A stretch of DNA of 64,000 nt from Eledone cirrhosa. Lineage: Eukaryota. Shown in pieces: positions 50,581-64,000 of this stretch (positions within the stretch are counted from its first letter, which is position 1; the number at the start of each line of letters is the position of its first letter). A program made the translations under genes and the position numbers. The stretch is from contig OZ024742.1 of NCBI GenBank assembly GCA_964016885.1, forward strand, positions 202,058,001 to 202,122,000. The letters are read 5' to 3'. The notes beneath the pieces were generated by a model that worked only from the letters and a program-made list of their open reading frames with translations, was not told where the DNA came from and searched no databases.

Positions 50581-52399
50581 TGAAAATCATTAATGAAAGA
50601 AACGAAAAAACGTGTGGAAGTAGGATTGTTTGTTTAGTAGGGGTGAAGAGAATGTTGACGACATGAACAATTCTGTGTTTGCAAGATGTTAGATTTCCAG
50701 AAAATTCTTTAAAATCTTTTTTCTTTTATCCTCCTCTAGCAGCGTCCGTAGTGTCATGAACATATTTCTTCAAATTATCGCCGTTCATTTTCATTGGACT
50801 AAGTAATCGATATATGTACATCGTGAAAAAAGAAAGTGAAAAAAATCACTCCACTCAAAAGCTGACAGGACAGCGCATCATTTCCAGCCATGGAAAGTGA
50901 AAGACATCCCAACATGTGACTGTGAAGTCTCCAACCTGGAATTGCCTCCTCAGACGTTTTTCCGTGGCCTGGAGGATATCCATAATGCTGCAAATGACAC
51001 CATGGTTAGTTTGTATGTCTCAACGTACTGATTTACCTACTGTGCATATGTCATTTGACGAGAAGATTGCAGTGAGTTCTACCAAGTAACATAATGTCTA
51101 GGCAGATTTTAGTGAGAATAAATTTAAGAGTTCGACTTGGAACAAACAGAATTGATTTTACTTTTATTAAAAACTGGTTTTTTGGTGTGGAAATTCCTGT
51201 AGCCGAAAATTAGGGGTGATAACCGTTTCACTTTTAATCGATGAAACATTCGACCTTTCTCTTATGGACAAGAGAATTTGGGTGTGGAAATAGTAGAAAG
51301 GTTAAGGAGAAGCTCAAGAATGATTATTTGAAAGGAAATATCAAACCAGTTTCGACCGGAATGGCACGGCACATGAAGAAATAAAAGGGACTGCTATTTC
51401 AGGAGAATAGAGAAAGATGTAGTGACTTCTCGAATAATGGAGTGGCGTTCATGCATTGCTTTAATAACTAAAATCAAAACTATAACGATCCAAAAAACGG
51501 GAAGTGCAGTACAATGAATAACCTTTTTTGTTATAGGATATAGGCGCCAAATATTTTAAGGCTTACAAATTTCACAAGGGATTTTGGGCGTCACATTCCG
51601 TAGCTTTGGGTCAAACAATGTTTGTTTAGGAATTTTGGTAGGAACTATTCAAATCCAGCCGGATTGAGTGTGTCTCCGCTTTAAAAGACTGTCACGATAA
51701 ATATCCCTGAAAATTATGATATGGTTGCCCTGTCTGAGTGAAGGCAGGTGTTTTAGTCATTAAGATATTCGGTCCACGATCATGAGTTCAATTACCGGCA
51801 CCACGTTATAACCTTGTACAAGAGAATTTATTTCACTTCAGAACAATCGACTCAGCTAGAAACATTAGTTGCACTTGTAATTCAAAGGACAAGCTTTGCA
51901 TAACGATGTGTCACATTGAAACTCTCCGAGAGCTATGCAAAAGTTTCACGTGTCTATGAAATGTTCTGTCATCTGCACGTTAATTTCACTAGAAGATTCT
52001 CAAGTTCCGTTGTTCAAACAACTGAAAAAGTCATCGTAAATCTGACGCAGGCCAATTGCATTATAGATTGTTCGCATTCTACGGTAAATTTACAGATAAA
52101 TCGATATTTTTGGTAAAGCGAATGTCAAACAGAAATATATTGTTGTTGACAGTCATTTGTAATGGCTAGTTCTATTGTTATGTGGGTGGTTTGCCATATT
52201 TTACTTTTGCATTTCGTAAGTACCTAATTTTCATTTTTTTTTCTTTCAAACGGCGCTTAAGCGAGGCGGGGGTTAGAAAATATGTATCTGTGTATGTAAG
52301 TACGTACATACACACAGACACACACATATATATATATACATGCATATACATAAACAAACACAAACACATATATAGATATATAGAGATAGATAGATTGTT

Positions 52400-52464
<65 letters not shown>

Positions 52465-52684
52465 TATATATATATAAGTATGCGTACATACATATATGTA
52501 TACAGACGTACAGTAGTATGTATATACACACATACATGCACACATATATATATGTACGTATGGGTTTACCGAACATTTATTATAATGTTCGGTTTGTTTG
52601 TAAACAAACAGCTCGATTTATACATACTTATATTTAAGAACCAGCCGTACTAAGAGTGATAAATGAAATTTCACTTTTTCCATT

Positions 52685-52747
<63 letters not shown>

Positions 52748-52772
52748 TGTGTGTGTGTGTTTGTGTGTGTGC

Positions 52773-52818
<46 letters not shown>

Positions 52819-52843
52819 TGTGTGTGTGTGTTTGTGTGTGTGC

Positions 52844-52882
<39 letters not shown>

Positions 52883-52885
<3 letters not shown>

Positions 52886-52970
52886 GGTGTCCCAACAAAT
52901 GTATACGCCATTCTAATAAATATTGATTGTACAGATAATCAAAGTCTGTATACATTTTTTGGGACACCTT
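52883..52970. mobile_element. ~90-bp Tc1/mariner-type MITE
   Basis: TA-flanked TIRs cacggtgtcccaacaaatgtatac / gtatacattttttgggacacctt. Confidence 0.7.
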
Positions 52971-52979
52971 TATATGTAT

Positions 52980-54340
52980 ATAATTATTAAGACCAGTTAC
53001 TACAACTATACCAGACACGTACGTTTCGTTAGCCATGAGGACCAACTTGTTCAACCAGTGTTGATGAAAATGAAACAGAAAATGTTTACTCAAAAAGGAA
53101 CATGTAGAATAATATTGAAAGAAAGAAGAGATCCAAATCAAGGGCAGATTATTTGGATGAACTAGGTGAGACAATTTGATGTGGGAAATGTGATCAAATG
53201 TTAAATTAGCTAGAGAAAACTCTGGATACAGACACAACCTATAGTCTTCAAAATTTTAGTTTAAAATATTAGTATGCTCTTCTTTAACATTTCTTCTAAC
53301 CATTTTCGATAGGCAAACCCCCTAATGTAATACAGCTTTACGCATTAACGGTGTCTCCGGGAATATTTCCTACCCTCCAGGTCACTCCCCAAATGCTAAT
53401 AGGCAAAAAAGCCAATAAATAAATTAAAAATTGATTCTTTCCTCCCTTCTCGTTAAAGGTCAAATCTAATGTCGGAAATAAGGTTTTAGCCCTCATAGAT
53501 ACACACCTCCCCTAGGACACAAATACCCCCAGATCCTTAACCGTCATTCGGTCAAAATTGGATACTCCTTTGCCAGAAAGATGAAATTACACTTACATAA
53601 ACAATAGAGCACCGAATTATATGAAGGTTCGTGTAGAAAACTTCAGTTGTACCAGCTGGAACACCCCCAGCGATAATATACGATGCTGAAATCTCACCAT
53701 TGAATCAACATAACCAAAAGGAATCCTGGAAACACGTCGGAATGCCAGAAAGTTGGTATAAAATCATTTCCTTTAACACGAAACGAACTTGAGATACCCA
53801 AATAAAAGAAATACCACGAAACATGGCAACTCAAAGACAAGAAAATAAACTTCTCCATCAAATGGATGACACTAGAAAAATCTCGACCATATATAAATGG
53901 GTTCAGGGCTTGCAGATTGTGCGACGACGTGGTGTGGTGGATATTAAATAATCACCACAACAATAACAAACTACTTAACACACGCACAGAATTCTTCTCG
54001 CGATGCTCTCATGTTTCTAAGAACTTTTTAAAGCACTGACCACATTAATATTGATTTATATCTTTCTTAATCTATTAATTTTGTTTCTAGGCCCCGCATA
54101 ATTATTAGCTAATTTACCGTTTATTCGCACTTTTTTCAGTCAAATTGTCTTCCAACCAGATAATCTGTCCTTGGTTTGGCGACTCTTCTCTCTTTCTCTA
54201 AGATTCTGTATTTCCTTTCTGCGTAAACAGTTTCCGATTCATTTTCATCGGCGCACGGTGAACAAGTTGGTCTTCAGTGCTAAAGAAACGTACGCACCTA
54301 GTATAGCACCGTTGTATTAACTGGTCTTATAATTATATTC
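52980..54340 (+). mobile_element. Old Penelope-like element with diverged inverted pLTRs
   Basis: 52980-53212 resembles the reverse complement of 54103-54337; internal translation FFPPFSLKVKSNVGNKVLALIDTH..ILNRHSVKIGYS (~53436-53568) is homologous to the other PLE linkers; GAAACGTACG HHR relics. Confidence 0.8.
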
Positions 54341-54397
54341 AAACCCACCCTACAGACCTATATATCTATATGGATATTTTTACCTACCTATTATTAC

Positions 54398-54448
<51 letters not shown>

Positions 54449-54975
54449 CGTTAGTCTTCAGAGAAAGTGTTGTTGGAAACGGTATTATTAGCGTTCCTGC
54501 TGCTACTGCAAGTGTAGCAGCTGCAGGTGCTGTTTTAAATCAGAATGAAAAACGTAAATTGTCGCATTAAATGTGACGTTGGCCATGCTGTTTGTCGGTA
54601 ATCCTCACATAATGAAAATGGTCATGGGCAACTGTTGACAACTTTTGCATGAGATCGATGAAAATTGCACAAATAAAACACAACTCATTCAGAAATGATT
54701 TGTAAATGTATTTCGTGAGGAAGTTGGTTTTATAAATATTGTATTTAGACTAGAGAAATATATATTATATTATATTGTATAATATTTATGAGATTGTGCT
54801 CTGTTGCCCACTATATGTTTTGTGGATGGCAAACGAAACATAGAACAGAAAGAGAAAGATATCTCTGGGGTATAATAAATATATAAGACTCCCTACATTA
54901 GCTTTTAGTACTTTTTCCTCATTTTGTACTCCCAAATTTACAGATACGCGCACTCCACACCCATATATATACGCA

Positions 54976-55527
<552 letters not shown>

Positions 55528-55617
55528 GTGTGTGTGTGTGTATAATTCAAGACACGTATTTAAATATTACTCATAATATGTATACTAAATCTTTTATATC
55601 TTATTTGAAGGAGAGTG

Positions 55618-55752
<135 letters not shown>

Positions 55753-56056
55753 GTGTGTGTGTGTGTATGCAACCCAGAGCTCGATTAGTAGTTTATTTAT
55801 CGACTACGAAAGAGTAACAGACAAAGTTTACCTGGTATTTGAATTATAAGCGCAGAAATCCAGGACAAATATTGGAGGATACCCAACTCCCTCCACCGAA
55901 ATGTTCGCCTTTTCATGTTTAATATGGAATAGCAAAAGAAAAGAAAAACACCCTCTGCCATAGAAAAGGTGGAGAGAGAGAGGGGAGAGAGAGAAAGGCA
56001 GAGAGAAAAAAGAAGGCGGAGAGAAAGTGACAGAGAGATAGACTGTGAGAGAGAGT

Positions 56057-56165
<109 letters not shown>

Positions 56166-56412
56166 GAGAACGAGAGAGAGAGAGTGTGTGTGTGTGTGTG
56201 AATGAGAAAGAGAATGTCAAAAACGAAAAGTGTTTGTTGGGAAGATGTCGGTGGGTAATGGTGAAAATGTCAAGGAAAACCCGGTAGAACAGAGGATAAA
56301 GTGTGGAAAATTGAATTGTTGACATAAAATTAAACAGACAACTGTGAATACTGAGAAATGGAAAAGTAAGAATGGTGCAGACAAACGCACGCACGGTCAC
56401 ATATATAGACAT

Positions 56413-56450
<38 letters not shown>

Positions 56451-56455
<5 letters not shown>

Positions 56456-57008
56456 TGTATGTATAGTATATTTGGTAATATACTGTATGTTTAATTAAAA
56501 ACATTTTGAAGACCTTGCACCATTGTTTTAAAGTAGTGACTATGTCACTAACTACTTTTTTTCCATAGTCACTACTTTAAAACAATAGCGTAAGGTCTTC
56601 AAAATGTTTTTAATTACACATACAGTATATTACCAAATATACTATACATACATTCATGTATACATCGCAATTTCAGAGCACGAATCCTAATTTTTTTATT
56701 TTTGCTGGACCGGCAACGCTCTGTATAATCAGTTCCTGATTATTACTGCAATTCTATAAGAATCCAGGCTCTATAATTTTCAGCAGAGCTCAATGAGTGC
56801 TAGGCTCTTTGGAACACCAACAGTGTGAAACAGCTCTGTCAGCTTATCTCCCTTCCTTTGCTGAAAAAATAAGTAAGTGATATAGTCACTACTTTTAAAA
56901 CAATAGCGCAAGGTCTTCAAAATGTTTTTAATTAAACATACAGTATATTACCAAATATACTATACATACATTCATGTATACATCGCTATTTCAGAGCACC
57001 AATCCTAA
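56451..57008 (+). mobile_element. Inverted + partial-tandem element (317-bp period), pLTR/retrozyme-like
   Basis: 56451-56544 is the reverse complement of 56564-56657; 56565-56690 directly repeated at 56882-57008; decayed HHR-like ctgaaaa..agtga tatag tcact..aaaac; (TA)n on both sides. Confidence 0.8.
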
Positions 57009-57296
57009 TATATATATATATATATATATATACATACATATATGTTAATATGATATATTATGTTGTTATATTTGCGGAGGGGTCGTATTGTTATAATGTT
57101 GCCAGAAATAATAATAAATCACACGCACTGTTTAGATTTTATTTTCGCTTCTGTATCTTTTAAATATCCATAGTTAATTTATCTGGCAATCAATGTTTAT
57201 CATTGATTGACCAACGGTTAAAAGTACAGATATAAATATATATAAATCGTCTAAGAAAGTTCTTTCGTCACACATCTGTGTCATCATCAGTGGTAC

Positions 57297-57395
57297 TATT
57301 ATGCCGTTCCGACAGCTAATGCCAGGCTTGCTCTGAAATTAGCTGCCGAAATGGCATAATCATACTCTACTATCACAAGTATCGAGTATTCTGTT
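57297..57395. mobile_element. Small fold-back related to family B
   Basis: attatgccgttccgacagctaat / attagctgccgaaatggcataat followed by actctacta..gagtattctg. Confidence 0.65.
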
Positions 57396-57459
57396 GAATA
57401 ATGTTCTTACAAGTTTAATACTGGTTTACTCCATATATATGTGTGTGTGTGTATATATA

Positions 57460-57507
<48 letters not shown>

Positions 57508-57512
57508 TGCGC

Positions 57513-57555
<43 letters not shown>

Positions 57556-58279
57556 TTGTGTGGTCATTAAGTATAAAATATTCGATTTTCTTAAGCACTT
57601 TCAATTCGGAATCGAACATTTCACACCTAATGACCTGATATATATATAAGAAAAAATGATGATGTTTCGTTTAGATATACTTATATTTTTATTGTGTAAT
57701 CGATTGGTTACGCGCGTTTCACAGAAGATTAGCCCGTGTTCACCCATGAATACATTCATATGATCTGGTATAATACAATATAATATAAATAATATAATGT
57801 AATATAATATAGAAGTATATTATTTTATATTATATTATATTATATATATACTCATTAATCTTCTATTCAATTAAGGTGGGACTTATAAACCTTTTAGATA
57901 TTGATGTAGAATTGATGTGGATATCCCATCAAAGCAAAGCGAAATTTGATTTTAGGAAAACGTCGTAACTTATTACGAATTCAGTATTATAAAACTAGAG
58001 ATTAAGAAATATAATGTTGAACAATGAAATAAAATGTCTAGGTTTATTATTTAATTAATCCAGTTATGCAACTCCATCCATAAGATTTCCGAAGAAAGAT
58101 GGCAGAATAGCTGTATTTCATAGAGGCTAATTCTATGGAGTAGCTTTTCTATCGATTAGTCATTATATCGTTAAAAGTGTTATTCTTTTGCCCTCTGAAA
58201 CAATCGTAAGATAATCGATCGTTAAGGGCTAAACTTCGTTTTGTGTGTTTCAGTGTTCAATTATATATATATAGAGAGA

Positions 58280-58400
58280 GAAGTAGTCGCCACAACAGTT
58301 AATTCTCGGAAATGGTGAATTAACTGTTGTGGAACTACTTCTGCCAAACTCGTCCCATGGACTGAGTGCTCTACTACTACGGATATAACCTACCAGTGTT
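58280..58400. mobile_element. Small fold-back with ACTC..GAGTGCT tail
   Basis: agtagtcgccacaacagttaattc / gaattaactgttgtggaactact. Confidence 0.55.
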
Positions 58401-58413
58401 CTACTAATATATA

Positions 58414-58853
58414 CTAGCAGTGGTACCCGGCGTTGCACGGGATAAGGTATTTTGGAACGCGGGCCGCCAACAGACCTAATTGTGGAAAAACTGCATGCCT
58501 GGACAATATGTAAAGAAAATAAACCGAATACTCTGATGGCTGGATAATCTTTACGATTTTACTCGATGAAGCAGGAAAAATGCAGGTTTTCATCTAATGC
58601 GGGGCCTAGGGGATCAAGAAAATGAATTTTTTTATGTGCATAATATGCCTTGAAATTTCAGGAAAATCGGATAGACGTAACGACTCAAAAAACCCCTAAA
58701 AAACCTGAAAAAAACGCAGTTTTTTCAACTAATGCGCGCCCTAGGGATCAAAAAGTTGAATTTTTATGTGCATAACTCTCCCTGAAACATAAGTAATACA
58801 CGTAAAGTTTTAAAAGAGTGGGTTGGGTACTTTTCGAGTTTTAGGGATTCAAA

Positions 58854-58928
<75 letters not shown>

Positions 58929-59233
58929 GACATCCTCAGGGAAGTGACGTAATGCAGACAGTCAGGTATACAGACAGATATTATAAGGGCGCGACGTTAT
59001 ATGTATGTATCTATCTTAAAAGAGAAAGACTAAGAATTATAGAGAGAGATCGCTAAATGACCTAATGCGGTCCCTAGGACATTGAAAATTTGAAATTTGT
59101 TTTGCTCAGAACACTCCCTGAGACATAAGTATTACATGTGTAAAGTTTGAAAACAGTCGGTTGTGTTGTTCTGGAGTTGTATGGATACAAACTCTCACAC
59201 ACACAGACAGACATCCTCAGATTTATATATAGT
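58414..59233 (-). mobile_element. Non-autonomous Helitron-like element (same family as 12460)
   Basis: Minus-strand 3' end cccgtgcaacgccggg..CTAG; 5' part homologous to 12460-12740; internal partial duplications. Confidence 0.8.
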
Positions 59234-59949
59234 GTCGATATTAATCAGTGATATGTTTTGTCTTGCTGTGAGTATTTTAGTTACCTTAGTTTTATTACAC
59301 GAATAAGGGATGCAGTCATTCCATGTTAGTATTCGTTAACATAATTCCAGCTGCTAAGACAATATTGTCATAGGGATTTTGTGAAGAAATTGTTATCTTT
59401 TTAAAAGTATTTATATATAGTGTGGGGCTTCAGCGTCGAGTATTAAAACAGCGATAGCACTATCGCTGTATCGTTCACAGTACAGTTTATTTCAATACAT
59501 TTGCAATGTTTACGTATATTAAACATATATTTAGTGTTGGTGTGAATATTTCAAACTGTGATCATAACTTAGCTACATCAGCATTCGTTTAACAGCGCTG
59601 TATTTCAGGATGTTTGTGCATCTTCACTAAACGCCTACCTACGACGGGGTTGTAAAGTACAGAAAATATCCTCTTGTATAGATTTTATATTAAAAAAAAG
59701 GATTTTATTGATAGTTTATTTACATATAGAGCAGGCTTGAGAGGTTAGTAGTAGTTAGAGAAGCAATGACACAGCGTGATTTAGAATAAAGGCGTAAATA
59801 AACCCTTAAACTTTAGACTTACCTATAGTAAGCATATACATTGTCTCATTCTATTATGCATCTATCGTGTCTACTATGTATTCGAAATGCTGTGTTTGCA
59901 ATCATGCCATTTTTATGTTCAAACAGTAAGCTAATTGTGCCCTCAACCC

Positions 59950-60022
<73 letters not shown>

Positions 60023-61352
60023 TGTAAATATACTTTAGTTTGTGGATGTGTATATGCGTGTTTGTATGTGTAAATAGATATTTTTTGTACTGAATGTTAC
60101 TATAATACATGAGACACTGCTCGGGTTTAACTAACAACTGTAGCATACTTATATCTCTCTCAAACATCTCCCATTTCGTATTTCACCCATGTACCGTATG
60201 GCTTGTTTCTATGCTACTAGCATAGTTTCATACGAAAGTAGATATTGAAATAGACCGAAAATAAAAAAAAGAAAAGACACCAAAGCAAAACAGCTAATTT
60301 TAATTGAAGTATGCTCTGAAACATGTAAAAAACATTTGTATAGGAATTGTTATATTCTACACCAGAAGTTTCCAGCCTTTTTTGCGTCATCACCCACTTT
60401 CACGTGGAAACATTTTCCGCCACCCACCTGTATAGTAAATATTCAAATAAATATTCTGCATAGTAAATATTTAAAAGCATACAAAGAATGTTTGATAAAA
60501 GTTTGTTACTGCCTCATTATTCCCATTTAGCCTCCTGTTTCTTTTTTGTTTTTTATACAAGTTCTTTGCATATACCTTGTGAATATATATCTTTTTTTAT
60601 TCGGGTAACATATGTTGAAATACCTTCTTAATACACAAAATTCTATATGTTCAGTTGCTTATCGCACACCCAACAGTTGAAATTGCCCAAGCTGGGAAAT
60701 TCTGATCTAGTCTAATCGTCTACTGCTTTCTTTAACTATACGAACCCAAAATATTACGGAGACACTTATTAAATAACCCTTAATTATGATATTTTACGAT
60801 ACGAACTCAAACTATTACTAAGAGACTTAAATATGATACTACACTATACCATTTCACGAAAGAATATAATATTAAAGTAGAAGATACTGAATATCTTGAA
60901 ATTCGTGTAATATTCTCAAACATTACTGACAAACTATGTAGGTCGTCCAGATTATTTTAGTTAAGACTTTGAGCTCTGATAAACTCAGATTAATGACTTT
61001 ATGATCTTGTCTTGTGTTTCCCGAACTATGTTTTGTGAGTTCGATTCCCGCAGCAGTTAGTGTGTTATGTCCTTTTGCAAGACACTTTAGTTCACTTTGC
61101 CCAAGTCTAATCAGATGTAAAATGTGTTCAACCGACACTAGTACCAGACGCTATTGACTTTTGTCTTTCTTCGGTGTCGGAGAGGTGGGAAACATTCATG
61201 CCTGAATGACTGCTAATCTTCCACAAATTACCTTGCCCATTTCAGTGATTCGGAGGAACAAAACCATTGCCAGTAACTCATGATAGCAAAATTGTTGGCC
61301 TTGTGCCAAAAATAGAAATAGTTATTATTATGTAATTATTATATATGTGAAT

Positions 61353-61500
61353 AGGGTGGTGGATTGGTAGAATCGGACAGCATGCTTTGGAGCATATAGT
61401 ACGGCCGTTTATGATCTGAGTTCAAATCCTGCCGAGGTTAGCTTTGCCTTTCATCCTTACGTGGTCGATAAAATAATATACCAGTAACGTACTTGGGTCT
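61353..61500 (+). mobile_element. tRNA-SINE
   Basis: Matches consensus; older relatives at ~61290-61325 and ~61555-61750. Confidence 0.85.
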
Positions 61501-61902
61501 ATTTTCGTCTTTCTGCTTTGACTTTGTGATAAGTTAGAAAGGATCATTATTAATTTTGTGGATGGGTGGAATCATTAGAGTGTCTCACAAAATCGTTTAA
61601 GGTATTTTGTACGGGTTTTTATGTTCTCGGTTTAGATCCCACTGATGTCAACGTTGCCTTTCACGGTTCAGTGGTGGCAACAGTCAAGTCCTGCTGTAGA
61701 TTTAATCAAGCCTTCCTCCACGCCGAAACGTGTCCTTGAGCCAAAATTAAAATTCGTTGAGCTACACAGAAAGACCAGTCTAGTACACTAGAAAGACCAG
61801 TCCAATACAGAGGTTGATCTAATCCACATTTCCAGTTTCTACATTGCTTGCCTTGTGCTTAAATTAAAAATCAGTATTATTTTGTACTATTCGTTCTCTG
61901 TA

Positions 61903-62118
61903 AAGGCGGTGGATTGGCATTATCGGCAGACCGTCAGACACCATGCTTTGCAGCATAGAGTTATGGCTTTTTACGTTCTGAGTTCAAATCCCGCCGAGGT
62001 TAGCTTTGCCTTTCATCCTTACGTGGTCGATGAAATAAAGCACCAGTAATGCACTTGGGTCGATTTAATGGACTTTCGCCTCCCCAAAAATTGCTGGCAT
62101 TGTACCTATAGTAGAAAT
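61903..62118 (+). mobile_element. tRNA-SINE, full length
   Basis: A and B boxes, core and tail. Confidence 0.92.
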
Positions 62119-62194
62119 CCCTATTAGTTCTCTGTATTTACTCGAATGTATTAATGTATCTTTATATATATATATATACATGTCAAGTTGAATT

Positions 62195-62380
62195 GAATAG
62201 ACCTGTTATTTTTATCTAAAGACATTTTTTCCAATTTCACCCCATTTCCACTATTTCTACTGATGAAGGACTAGCGTCCAAAACGTTATGACCCTCTTCC
62301 AGCTATTTCAAGCGTAAACCTACTACATCCCTTCCATATGCTGGACCGATTGTGTTGTTATTTCTGTTTACTTTTTACAT
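62195..62380 (+). mobile_element. Family A pLTR fragment with HHR at 62256-62291 (GAAA>AAAA)
   Basis: CTGATGA-aggactagcgtcc-AAAACGTT; homologous to 6395-6600. Confidence 0.8.
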
Positions 62381-62382
62381 AC

Positions 62383-62422
<40 letters not shown>

Positions 62423-64000
62423 GGGGGGGGGGCTATATATATATGTATATATATATACATATATATGTATAGACACACACACTTTCTCCTTGCCGGATGC
62501 CAACCAACCTCCCTATTTTAGTCTCTTGTTAGAAACATTAATTTCCTGATCCACGAAATTTTCAGGACGGAATGAAGAATTCTTGGAATGAAAAACAAGT
62601 TCCTGCTATACACCCTCTGACCTGACCTAATTCTTCCGTGCAGACCATCGTTAGAGGGCGGGGCGGCGAAGCCGAACAATTGTTGTATAAAAGGAGGTTG
62701 GGTTATTTATAGTGCCAGTTGTATTGTACTTGATAATTGTTGTTGTTATTGTGGTAGTGTTGGTGGGGATTGAGGTTGTACTGAGGTAATTATTTCTACT
62801 CTCTATCCCACTCACTTTCTCTCTTTTTCTGGCATAAATCATCTGTGTCCAAACCTGGGAAGGGATTGGTTCAGCCAGGTTTAAATAATGTAGACGTATA
62901 TATCGAAGGTACATCTACAATCTGTCAAGAATCTGAAGGCCAGCAAATGGCTGCAATGTATGGAGCTGTAGTAGATGCGTGTGTGTGAGGGGGGGGGGGG
63001 CTCATGACATGGGGCGTACTTTAGGCATTTAAGGTAGGTGGAGCCCATCCTTCTCCAGGTCAAACAGAGCCGATTTTTTTCAGAGAGAGAAAGAGAGAGC
63101 GAGTAGGGAAGAATCAAACTTAATACTACAATGGAAAAATGAAAGGCAGAGCTCACCGCATCTGGATTTGAACTTAGGACGCAGATAGCCGGAACTGTTG
63201 CCGCTAAACATTCTGACCTACGTTCTTACGACTCTGACATTTTGCTGACTTTTTGGATGGATTGATAAATATACAGACAATGAATTTGAAGAGGCGTTAA
63301 AGTCTAGGACAAAGTATGTTGTAGTAATCATTCTATTTTAAAAACTTCGTGTTACCACCCATCAATTTTAACTTGCCTACAGTGAGGGAATCTTTAATCG
63401 CATTCATATTAATCCCTGGTACCAGTTTGAAACTAATTTCAAGTTAACCCCATAACTTTTCACATTTCCTACCTCCTTGATTTAGCTGAAATCATATTCT
63501 AACGCTTACAACTATATATTTATTGCATAGAATACATGAAATATATAAAATTTGCAACATACAAAACATGGCCGAATTTTGAAGAATTTCACTTCGCAAT
63601 AGTTATGTTCCAGATTCGCTCCCATGTCGTAGCATCTTGGGAAAGTGGTCGTTATTAAAGCTTCGGCTTGGCCCCTGCCTTGAGAGTGAAATTGTGCAGA
63701 CAGAAACTGTTTGGAAGCCTGTCGGATGGAATGAACTGTACCTGGAATTCAAAGAGCCAGCCTTGTCCCACACTTTGTCACTCAAAAAGACGCACTAATA
63801 TGAACGAGATAAGGTCGGCCCGAGCTTCAGCGAACCAGGAAACGTACGATTTCATAGAGAACTGCATAACTAGTCAGTATGCTCTACAAATGACACAGAC
63901 ATCAAGAAACAATCATCATCTGTTTACCGTATATCATCATAGTTTCAACATCTTTGGACAGAAAATTTCGGTCGTGGTCAATAGAGATAAAAAGTAGATT

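Noticed and set aside
50108-50666. Poly-Glu, poly-Arg and poly-Leu ORFs
   Set aside because: Triplet microsatellite artefacts.
50730-51650. Possible decayed transposase or other coding relic
   Set aside because: No motif I could recognise in any frame; needs a translated search.
63603-63997. ORFs at the window end as further nAChR exons
   Set aside because: No similarity to nAChR N-terminal motifs.

Overview
AT-rich, microsatellite-laden animal genomic DNA, most likely an octopus or other coleoid cephalopod (inferred from the tRNA-derived SINE families, not verified). The only host coding sequence I can support is one 45-bp minus-strand exon (36018-36062, DEKNQIMTTNVWLRQ) of a nicotinic acetylcholine receptor subunit, so the window is probably two very long introns. 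Nearly all other listed ORFs are microsatellite artefacts. The rest is transposon-derived: more than 15 tRNA-SINE copies, three non-autonomous Helitron-like elements, hAT and mariner MITEs, Tx1/L1, CRE-like and RTE-like LINE fragments, and four Penelope-like (PLE; RT + GIY-YIG) remnants. The main signal is about 20 type I hammerhead ribozyme (HHR) motifs from roughly 10 or more sequence-unrelated families. They sit in PLE pseudo-LTRs and in short non-coding retrozyme-like elements, nearly all within or next to (TA)n tracts, and many are head-to-head palindromes with 3' ends pointing outward. One is a very young 467-bp tandem + inverted HHR unit (47292-48725). In about 11 of the palindromes the short arm stops 0-9 nt before a shared ACTC-loop-GAGTRCT motif found only on the long arm, which suggests a common cis-signal. 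All alignments and folds were done by eye; element boundaries are approximate.
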